Shown: in pieces, positions 38,650 to 48,940 of the stretch
How positions within the stretch are numbered: position 1 is the first letter of the stretch
Layout of the letters: the number at the start of each line of letters is the position of its first letter
Source: Botryllus schlosseri
Lineage: Eukaryota
DNA length: 64,000 bases
Reading direction: 5' to 3'
Assembly: GCA_051294905.1 (NCBI GenBank)
Contig: CM119372.1
Coordinates: forward strand, 18,230,001 to 18,294,000
Program-made: the position numbers and the translations under genes
The notes under the pieces: generated by a model
The model's input: the letters and a program-made list of their open reading frames with translations, nothing else
What the model was told of the DNA's origin: nothing
The model's database searches: none

Positions 38650-38998
38650 TTTCCCCTCAATTTAACCTTTGACCCTAACCTACAGGGTATTAAATTTCCC
38701 TTGGAAATATAGACGATCAGATAAGCTTCAGATAAATCTAAGTGCCGTATCTCAACTGTCGTCCAACATCTAGCTACACCTTCTTGAATATTTCATTGAT
38801 AAAACCTGAGACGTGCAGACCCGAAATGAGCAGAAAAATGTCAATTTTCAAAGTGACGTAACTTTTGACCCCAAAGTCCAATTTTCATAAAATAAAGTTC
38901 ATCCTGTTTGGAATAAGCTCATCTCTGCGTGTACCAAATTTCAGGAGATTTGAAGAGGTAGTGATGTGAACATCGTTTGTCTGTGTGTGGAATGGCCC
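38650..38998. mobile_element. Solo terminal fragment of the Sola2-like TIR
   Basis: Collinear with ~31428-31776. Confidence 0.85.
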
Positions 38999-40849
38999 AA
39001 ACATCTGTTGGATAATCCCGGCTGTGCGAAAAATTATCAAGACGACAGATTTTGCATCATCGGGAGGGGCCGCACTTTCCTCTGTGTGTCTTGGAGTCGA
39101 CCTTTATCAAAATACATCAGTCCAAGCTTTTTCAACAAAAGGAGTTCGTGTACCATCTTCAAATATAGTAGATTGAACGCTCTCTTATCTGAGATCTGGT
39201 TTCATGCTGGTGACGTCATATTTCGAGATACGATTGTTGATATTCAATCTTTCCAATTTTCTACTAGTTGCTGATGATTACCCCGACGAGTGTCAGTCGA
39301 AAATATCCGGGTTTATTTCAATATGAATATACTATTCAATTCATACACAGTAAACACTTCATCATCAGTGATATTGACTGGAGAAAGGCTTGCATATTCG
39401 TGGCGCTGTTGTTGCCAGAGCACACCTTACGTCTGGCTCTCAATTGCAGACTTGAATTTGAAAGTGTGGTGCAATGCAGGATGTGAACTGTGAAGTCGTA
39501 AGATTTTGAGAGCATTTTCGATCTTATGCAGCTAACTGAGCCATAGCGGGAGCAAAGTGTTTTGTGTCTTTTATGACCTTTTCATACATCGCAAGGTTCG
39601 ACGCCTTCATATCCGTATGGACTATGGTATATATCGGGCATTATCCGAATAAAAGTTACCGTCGTGGGTTAACTGAATCGGGAATGTCGCGGTGTGGAAC
39701 GTGCGTGATCAATTGGTAAGTAGGTGACGGGAGGTGCCGGAATTTATGTACAACACAGCTCATCGAAATGAATACCCCTTTTTGTAGTTTGAATGGTAAA
39801 TAGAATTGATTTAAATCGATAGGTTGATGACAATCCACTCATACTGCACACTTCGTATGGAACAGAGTTTTGGTACAACGCAATGCGATTTTTGAGGTTG
39901 AGCAGGGGTCACCTACGCGGTGCTCGCGAGAACCAAATGAGTCACCCGCGGTCGAAGTAGCAAATATTCAAATGAGAGTGGGAGATATGAAAGTCGAAGC
40001 GGAGAAGGGTTTCATACGAACAGCAGCTGAGCATGGCTCAGTCAACCCTACGAACGCAGTTCTCGATTGGGGCGTTTCTCGCCTTCGCCTACGCCTACGC
40101 GGATGCTTAACCGGAATCTAGTTAATATACCCTATAGTCTCGACTCGACGCGGAGATATGCACTTCAGCGCGCAGTGCGGCAACGCAACTGAGAAGGGAG
40201 TTACCTATGCATTTAAACGGGCGCTGTATCGATATTTCGCTCACATACACGTTGAACTACTAAAATACGTGTGTAACTGTATACCCTCAGTCTACACCAG
40301 TGCTCTTCAACCTTTTTCGTCGTGGTACACCATTTTAACGTTTACTCAAAACTCGTACTCCGTTAACACAGACTCCGTAGTAAGCCTATTTCTGAGGTGC
40401 TCTGTTCAACCTTTTTTGCAAGTCACGGCCATATTTCGAAAACATATATAGCATAGGAACTCAGCTCAGCGCAGAGTCGTCAGGAATGATCCATCTGGAC
40501 GAAAAATACTCATGTTCAATTGGCTACTGGGAACCTCGCACAGCAGTCAGTCCTCGTGGTGTTCTGTGCCACCACTGATTTCTTGAGATATACCTTGCGT
40601 ATGAAATGTTCTAGTTGTAGGAACAGAGCATCCCCGCAGCCATTTTATATATGTACCAAAATCGCGAGTATTCATGTTAGGAAAAGTAATTTGGACCCAT
40701 CTTCTAGTCGCGCGGAGCGATAGTTTTTTTCAAACCCCCGTGAACGAATTTCGTCGATAATATTAGTAGTTTCACATATTTCTGTAAAATATTTATCATT
40801 GTCAGCCCACCTGATCAGATTAACCGGCAGAGCTGATGGAGTAGGCCAG

Positions 40850-41958
40850 TAGGGTAACCATGTTTTTGTGAATCAGATTCCGGACACTCTTTAGCGCCCA
40901 CTAGCGGATTATACAATGACATATGAACACATTATCAGTCAATATGACGTCACACTAGCAAAGCTTCGGCTATCGACTTCAGACAGGAGTGGAATGGAAC
41001 ATCGGTTTTGAATAGGGCTATCTCCAATGTGACCTCTGCTGATTCCTTGGGTCTGCAACAGATTTCTTCAAGGGCCGGATGAATTCGTTTATGGTGGAAC
41101 TTATCCGGTCCGCCGGTTGTGTGTTAGACAGCCCTGCGATACTGATAGGTCGGTGCGGCTATCTGGTTGTGAGTTGTAACGAGGTCCGAAATAACATTTC
41201 CCCCCCTTCCGCCCAAAAAAGCACTAATCTTTGGCCCACCCTAGGGTAATCGATGGAACTTCTTGTCGGCTTACTATATGCATCTGCTATTTAAAATTTG
41301 TGAATGAATTCTGTCAATAATATTGGTTGTTCCATATATTAATATAAAATACACCAGTAGATTACACATCCAGTGGTTTCCAACCTTTTATGGCCCCAAG
41401 CTCGTTTCCAATTTTTAAATGTTCCGCGGTCCAGCACAAAAAATGATAGGGTGACTACTAAAAAAAAGTCAGATTGCCCAGTCTTACTCACGGTTATTTT
41501 GGAAGCTTATGACGTCCAGTATCTTCGCGATCCACAGAATAAAGGCAAACGACCTCAGGTTTAGAACTACTTTCTCTAACTAAATTAAAGCATCCCAAAA
41601 GCCTTAACCAACTCTAGGCATATAATACCGTTATCTTATAATTGCGATTAATTTATTTCAGTAAATGATCGTGATTTTTATTTATTTTTTATTGCATTTT
41701 TTGCAAGGGCGGTGCTTGGTTCCCATAATAATATCAATATATGTTGCATTGAATCGCGTGCAGCACGAAGAAAAATTTAAAATAGCATAAAACGGAATAA
41801 AAAAATACTATTTATGTTGATTTACGATAAAATTTTGAGCCTACTTCAAGCCACAAAATTCCGGACATTGAGGCATGTTTTAGAATTTCCTCCCGGACGC
41901 AGTTTTTATAGTGAAATTCCGAACATGTCCGGGAATTTCTGGACGTATGACAATCCTA
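40850..41958. mobile_element. hAT-type MITE, same family as 20954-21891 (opposite orientation)
   Basis: TAGGGTAACCAT...TATGACAATCCTA, with a collinear interior. Confidence 0.8.
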
Positions 41959-42912
41959 ATGGAGGGGATGTCATTGAAAATTGCGGGCACAAAATTAGTG
42001 ATGATGCATTTCTCTTTTTATTAAACCTTTGTTGCATGATGTTATTTTTGAACACCAATCAGGATTGTCGGTATAGTCAGATTTTCTTGGAATCGCCTAA
42101 AGATACTAGAAAAACCTTCATTTGTCAGACACAAACTATTTTAACTTGGTATTTCTTCAGGGAGCGGATTGTTTTCCTCTGGGATTCACATTTGTACGGT
42201 GGGTTCAGAATTCAGACTACAAGGACACATCTCAAATATTTGGTACTCAATTCGTTAATTCAAATTGCATATTGACGGCCACTATACTTTGATTATGTGT
42301 AGAAGGTCGCATAATTATTGTTTTACAGCTGCATGCGGCCGTATGTCCGCAGGTTGACTACCACCGACCTAATCAAAATACAGACGAGCAAGGCTGCAAC
42401 GTATACAGGGAATGTTAAATTCTTATCAGGGTTCGACGTCACCGGACCGCGATCTAACGCTAATGATCTGTTGACAGTGATTCTCAAATCGATCCCCGAG
42501 AGTCCCTGGCTTCGTCTCTGCGATTATGTACACTGTGCTATTTATAAGCATCTCGCAAGAAGTACCAATTCAAACTGTGACTTCCTCGAGAATCGTTACA
42601 GACATATATCGGAAGCCTAACATGTTACGTTTACGTTAAATTATGAAAAGCATCTGCTTATATATAACACCTCAAGAGGAATGCAATTTACAATTTGCGT
42701 ACAGCTGATATGAACAACCTGTTCAGAAGCATTTGACAATTTATTGTGATATAACTCGCCATCCGTCCACTGTATTTGTAATGCGGATCTGATACACCCC
42801 AGTACACCCCATCCGAGTGGTACACCCTTTTAATGTTATGGTACACCCTGGGGTGTACGATACACCCGGTTGAATATCCCTGGTGGAATTGTTGTTCAAT
42901 TGTTGACAACGA

Positions 42913-43660
42913 TGCATATTTACCTGATTGTCATGGCGGTTGCACAGATTCTAGGGATTTTCCTTCACCTTTTTAATTCCACGTGATGCAAATCGCTCTT
43001 TTGGTGAAGAAAGGCGATCTTTACTATCCCCGAAAGAGAGTGAAGCAGTGAAAAGTTAAAAGTAGCTTTTTTGAGATGAATGCAACACATAAAATCAGCA
43101 GTGCGCTTTCTCACTATTCCGCTAATAATTTTTTACGGTTTGACTTCAAGTTTTATTTGGTCTGAGGTAAGTAGAGCTTACGCATCGTGTATTTGCGGAG
43201 TAGGAAATATTGGTATATTGTTACTGATTACATACAGCGCGTCAACCGCCGCAAATGTTCTCTATAACAGTTTCAATTCGTCAATTGGCACGTCCATGCT
43301 ATATATTCTGGTATCATATTTTAGACCGCGAGTTACGTTTGGGGCTATTTTGGGAGCCATCGTCCACATCATTGTGCGTATACCCTACTTGTTCGTGGTA
43401 TTGACAGGAAAAGCTCATTCGCTATCCAGACTGTCTTATTCTTACGTTATCGCTAGTGAAAATTTCGAAGACTTGGATTCATCATTCATTGTGCATATTA
43501 TACAGGATGCGCATCGATGGCAATGTCAAAACATATAATTGGTCGAACCTCCTATTTGTTCATGTAAAACTATACTTACTGCTCGTAATTACATTCCTTG
43601 CGACTGCGTTAACCTTCGTTGCCCATTACCTCATATTCAATTCTCCAGCAGCACTGACAG
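42913..43660 (+). pseudogene. UNC93-like paralog, C-terminal half, frameshifted
   Basis: Aligns to ~35456-36198 (TIPLII.YGL.SSFIWSEVSRAY; WSNLL.V.VKLYLLL) but is split across frames by indels. Confidence 0.9.
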
Positions 43661-45130
43661 ACTCCAAAGCCGTAATTCAGACACAAAATTGATCGGCTGG
43701 TAAATATCTGCACCGACTGTGTACCATCCAACACCACGCATATACTTTTATATATTTATAAATAATGGTCATGCCAAGTTAACAGCAACGACCGTCGAGT
43801 GTCTTAAATATTCACGAATGGAGAAGATGAATATTTCAATGAAACTTTTCTAACACGGCAAACATAATTTTTGAAATTGGCAAGGTGCATTTTAGTTGAA
43901 TGCTGTATATCATTCCATGCTGCCAATGATGCTGAAATAACTTTGAAAAGTGTAATAACAGATTCACAGTGTAGGACCTTCCAAGGCTTTATCTGGGCTC
44001 CTCATCGCTAACCTCGTTGCGATTGCAGCGTATGAAAAGCCGAGCCAAACATAGTCGGCAGTAGAGACGAAGACACAAACGCATGAAAAATGAGGGAGAC
44101 CGATGGTAAAAGAGTGCGAGTGTGAGAAGTCGCCCGGAGGATGACGAAAAGCAAAGAAAATGAATATTATACATGCTACTGTCGGTGCGCACATGATCTC
44201 CATAGGCGAGAAGTGCCGCTGTTGCGTCAATAAAACAAACAAACCTACCAAGATTTGTTTGCGAACGCGAACCTCCAAATTTCTGAGTTTCACACACTAA
44301 ACACGAACGTGAACCACATGTTCGCGTTCGCACCCTCCATAACCCCTGGTATAAGCAAGCTTCTCCTCGGCATCATTCGTACCGGTGGCTCACAATCCCT
44401 ATAACGTGGACTTTCGGTGTACACTGTACACACCGTGCAAGTGTTACGTGTGACTTTCGTTACGACAAGCATTATAGTCCTAGCAGAATTCTGTTCTATT
44501 CTCGTATAGGGTTCTATTTCTAGCTGGCCCCTAACCTTGTTCCGATATTATTTATTCATAAGTAAAATCTGTATGACGTCAGTCACACGCTGATCTTAAT
44601 ATGGGTCGTATAGCTAACACGAAGATTAGTGGGAATGACAAATCATCGGTGATAAAGTTGCACAATGGGTATAGTGTGGCAAAACAGTCACAGTTTTAAA
44701 AAGTATGTGTACTACCATGCATGTTATGTTACAGGGGCCGCCAACTAGAGGTCGACCGATATTGATTTTTACAGGCCGATACCGATACCGATATATCGGC
44801 ACACTCACAGGCCGATAACCGATATCTGAAAATATGGTTGGCGGTACTAAACTTGAGTATTGCTTTCACAACTACATTCATTGCAGTAAAGAATTTATTA
44901 ACTCGAAGACTTTTCGTGTGCCCCTTATCGAGAGTTAACGGCACAATAATAAGCATACAGAGAGAGATTCAAACGAAAACCAAAATGGCAAAGTATGACG
45001 TAATAATACAATAATAAAAAATTAACGCTAGGCAAAGTCAGCTGTACCGGTAGTCATAACAAGAGACGAGAGAAAATCAAATTATACTATAATACACGGA
45101 AGACAACACACAGACAAATAGCGGTATATA

Positions 45131-47746
45131 TTAATGGGAAATTTTGAGATTATATAGAAACTCTTTCTGCCGACATAAATCCGGATTGGTCAATTTTATT
45201 ATGGTTGACTCCAAGACAGACAGATGGAAGGCAGATCTGCATTTAGCAATCACAGTGAACATACTGTCATTGTAATGACTGGCACACACCGGGTAGTTCA
45301 TTAAATGTTGACCAATTGCAGAGTTGAACGCTGAGACCTGGTTGTAGGAAGCAGAGTCAACCGCTTCCTTACACCGACGAACAAGTGCAGATCGATCGAC
45401 AGGCTTGTTTACTGACCTAATCGATTTAGGCACATGTTGGTTCACTCGTTCAGCCAACCGCAAAGATGTGCGACCCACATACCGACTATCACAGTGGCAT
45501 TGGAATTTATATACAATATTACTTGTTTGTAAAGCAGGGAGCACATCCTTGCGAGTTTGAGGCATGAGCGGCCTAGTCATGAACACCACTCGGGTATTTA
45601 GCATAAAATAGCACGATTGCACTGCTGACCGGATTTGATTGGAAAAGCCGACCGACACTGACCCAAGCCAAGGGAGATGTATGTATACTGGGCATTTGTC
45701 TGGTCCATGAATTCGTGGCTGTTTGAATTGCGACAGTTTCTTTGTGATGGCAGATTCAATTACGTAGTCTGGATATCCATTGTCAATCAACATGGATTTG
45801 ATTTTATCAATTTCCGCCACGAGCCGAACATCAGAGCATATCATTAGCGCACGGTGAACTAATGACGAAATCAAATTTAATTTCCGTTGTTTAGGGCAAA
45901 ATGAGTCCCAGCGAATATAGTGACCGGTAAACGTTGGTTTCCTATAAACTGAAGTAATGAAACCGAGGTTGCTCTTTTCCACCAATACGTCGAGAAAGGC
46001 GAGTGAGCCGTCAGACTCTTTTTCGATGGTGAAGTTAAGCGACTCGTGCAAGTTGTTTAGAGAAGCTAAGAAAACATTGCAATCGTCTTCACTGTCGAAA
46101 ATTGCGAATGTGTCATCAACATATCTAACATACATGCGCGGTTTGATTGCATTTAAGAAAAGTTTGCTTTCTTGGAAACCAACAAATATATTTGCCAAGC
46201 TAGGCCCAAGAGGTGACCCCATTGCCAAACCATCTATTTGGAGATACATGTTGTTGTTGAAGCTAAATTCAACCGAACGGGTGGCAGTTTCAAGTAGCTC
46301 AATGAAGACATTACGCGGAAAAGGAGGTGGATGTAATGAACTATTATTATACAGCGCATCGGCACAGATATTGAATGTTTCACTCAAGGGGACATTAGTA
46401 AAGAGACTGGTGATATCAAAGGAGCTAAGGAATGAGTTCGAGGTATTTATATCAAAGTTTCTGATGTTGTCAACGAAGGTGAATGAATCAATAACGCAAT
46501 TTGAAGAGTAGAGTTTACGCACATGTTCGATTACCGTATTCAGCCATTTGGCCAAACAATGTTGCGCAGAGCCGACCATCGATAATATCGGGCGAAGCGG
46601 TGCGTTGCTCTTATGAACTTTCGGCAGTCCATACATGCGAGGTCTTTGTGAGCCAGATGGCCTCACCATCTCGTACACTTCTTTCGGTAACGCACCTTCT
46701 TTCTTTAAATCGAGTAATCTTCTCTGTAACTTTTTCTCCAATTTACCGGTTTGGTCATGTGATTCGGCGGAGCCAAGAAATTTAAATTTGTCCTCATCTT
46801 GTAGCAAGTGGTTCATTTTTAAAATGTAATCACACTTATTGAGAATAACGACTCCCGATCCTTTGTCAGGTTTCGTGATGTGGATACTTGAGTTGGAGCG
46901 TAGAGACTTAATTGCACGCCAACATTCATTGGACATGAAAAAGTCTCCAACATCCACTGGTGTTCCACAATATGCATGAGCTAGGTCACTCAATTTAGTT
47001 CGCAACGCTGAGTACTTGTCGGCATCCTGCGCATTATGATGGCGTAGTTGGCCAATAAGGACTTCAAACTCCGCAAAAATCTCTTCTCGTTTAATATTTT
47101 TAGGTGGCAAACAAAAATCCAAGCCATGGGACAGGACGAATTCCTCGGTGCTAGACAATTTATAATCGGATAGATTGAAAATAATTTTCTTGTGTACGTC
47201 CGATTTGCCGAATCGATGTCGAAATAAAAACTTTTGATTGCGGTCATACTTCGCCTGGTTTTCTTTCTCTTTCTTAGCATCAATTATTGCCATGTAACGG
47301 CAAAAGCGAATGAGGTCGAAGAGTGACAAAATTCTACAAACCTCTCGATTGAGAACACTGCGTTTCTTCTTCAGTCGTACAATTGATAGACGAAGTTTCT
47401 CAATTTCATCAAATAGAAACGCTCTTTCAATGTTAGAACTGTGTCGAGCACGAGATTTGTCAATTCTATCTCGGAGGAATCGAGGCAAGGTTCGCAAATT
47501 GATGCACTTCTTCAAAAATTCCATTGATGCACGGGATGCTCTTATTCTTCCACGGCATTTAAGTAACAGATTAAGTTTCTTAATCTGAGATGCATTGTAC
47601 CTTTTCTTCAAATACTTGAAAATATGGTTGGCGGTACTAAACTTGAGTATTGCTTTCACAACTACATTCATTGCAGTAAAGAATTTATTAACTCGAAGAC
47701 TTTTCGTGTGCCCCTTATCGAGAGTTAACGGCACAATAATAAGCAT
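45131..47746 (-). CDS. Penelope/Poseidon-type reverse transcriptase + GIY-YIG endonuclease (intact; likely true ATG at 47671, 846 aa)
   Basis: Motifs PDKGSGVV, MYGLPKVHK, LRPI, SFDITSLFTNVP, GLAMGSPLGPSLAN, RYVDD, FLDV, VYRKPTFTG, and a C-terminal NIVYKFQCHCDSRYVGRT...H...SAIGQHL. Confidence 0.97.
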   Translation of the reverse strand: MLIIVPLTLDKGHTKSLRVNKFFTAMNVVVKAILKFSTANHIFKYLKKRYNASQIKKLNLLLKCRGRIRASRASMEFLKKCINLRTLPRFLRDRIDKSRARHSSNIERAFLFDEIEKLRLSIVRLKKKRSVLNREVCRILSLFDLIRFCRYMAIIDAKKEKENQAKYDRNQKFLFRHRFGKSDVHKKIIFNLSDYKLSSTEEFVLSHGLDFCLPPKNIKREEIFAEFEVLIGQLRHHNAQDADKYSALRTKLSDLAHAYCGTPVDVGDFFMSNECWRAIKSLRSNSSIHITKPDKGSGVVILNKCDYILKMNHLLQDEDKFKFLGSAESHDQTGKLEKKLQRRLLDLKKEGALPKEVYEMVRPSGSQRPRMYGLPKVHKSNAPLRPILSMVGSAQHCLAKWLNTVIEHVRKLYSSNCVIDSFTFVDNIRNFDINTSNSFLSSFDITSLFTNVPLSETFNICADALYNNSSLHPPPFPRNVFIELLETATRSVEFSFNNNMYLQIDGLAMGSPLGPSLANIFVGFQESKLFLNAIKPRMYVRYVDDTFAIFDSEDDCNVFLASLNNLHESLNFTIEKESDGSLAFLDVLVEKSNLGFITSVYRKPTFTGHYIRWDSFCPKQRKLNLISSLVHRALMICSDVRLVAEIDKIKSMLIDNGYPDYVIESAITKKLSQFKQPRIHGPDKCPVYIHLPWLGSVSVGFSNQIRSAVQSCYFMLNTRVVFMTRPLMPQTRKDVLPALQTSNIVYKFQCHCDSRYVGRTSLRLAERVNQHVPKSIRSVNKPVDRSALVRRCKEAVDSASYNQVSAFNSAIGQHLMNYPVCASHYNDSMFTVIAKCRSAFHLSVLESTIIKLTNPDLCRQKEFLYNLKISH
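47688..47735 (-). ncRNA. Variant-core type I hammerhead ribozyme in the Penelope pLTR (copies also at 44898-44945 minus and 49185-49232 plus)
   Basis: UGUGCC G UUAACUC [UCGAUAA] GG GGCACA C [GAAA] AGUCU UC GAGUUAA: 7-bp stem I, minimal stems II and III, 6-bp loop-II pseudoknot. Confidence 0.75.
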
Positions 47747-47920
47747 ACAGAGAGAGATTCAAACGAAAACCAAAATGGCAAAGTATGACGTAATAATACA
47801 ATAATAAAAAATTAACGCTAGGCAAAGTCAGCTGTACCGGTAGTCATAACAAGAGACGAGAGAAAATCAAATTATACTATAATACACGGAAGACAACACA
47901 CAGACAAATAGCGGTATATA

Positions 47921-48940
47921 TTAATGGGAAATTTTGAGATTATATAGAAACTCTTTCTGCCGACATAAATCCGGATTGGTCAATTTTATTATGGTTGACT
48001 CCAAGACAGACAGATGGAAGGCAGATCTGCATTTAGCAATCACAGTGAATATACTGTCATTGTAATGACTGGCACACACCGGGTAGTTCATTAAATGTTG
48101 ACCAATTGCAGAGTTGAACGCTGAGACCTGGTTGTAGGAAGCAGAGTCAACCGCTTCCTTACACCGACGAACAAGTGCAGATCGATCGACAGGCTTGTTT
48201 ACTGACCTAATCGATTTAGGCACATGTTGGTTCACTCGTTCAGCCAACCGCAAAGATGTGCGACCCACATACCGACTATCACAGTGGCATTGGAATTTAT
48301 ATACAATATTACTTGTTTGTAAAGCAGAGAGCACATCCTTGCGAGTTTGAGGCATGAGCGGCCTAGTCATGAACACCACTCGGGTATTTAGCATAAAATA
48401 GCACGATTGCACTGCTGACCGGATTTGATTGGAAAAGCCGACTGACACTGACCCAAGCCAAGGGAGATGTATGTATACAGGGCATTTGTCTGGTCCATGA
48501 ATTCGTGGCTGTTTGAATTGCGACAGTTTCTTTGTGATGGCAGATTCAATTACGTAGTCTGGATATCCATTGTCAATCAACATGGATTTGATTTTATCAA
48601 TTTCCGCCACGAGCCGAACATCAGAGCATATCATTAGCGCACGGTGAACTAATGACGAAATCAAATTTAATTTCCGTTGTTTAGGGCAAAATGAGTCCCA
48701 GCGAATATAGTGACCGGTAAACGTTGGTTTCCTATAAACTGAAGTAATGAAACCGAGGTTGCTCTTTTCCACCAATACGTCGAGAAAGGCGAGTGAGCCG
48801 TCAGACTCTTTTTCGATGGTGAAGTTAAGCGACTCGTGCAAGTTGTTTAGAGAAGCTAAGAAAACATTGCAATCGTCTTCACTGTCGAAAATTGCGAATG
48901 TGTCATCAACATATCTAACATACATGCGCGGTTTGATTGC
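47921..48940 (-). pseudogene. 5'-truncated tandem copy of the Penelope ORF
   Basis: Near-identical to 45131-46150; four substitutions were noticed. Confidence 0.95.

Noticed and set aside
45957..46511. 184-aa plus-strand ORF
   Set aside because: Antisense shadow of the Penelope RT.
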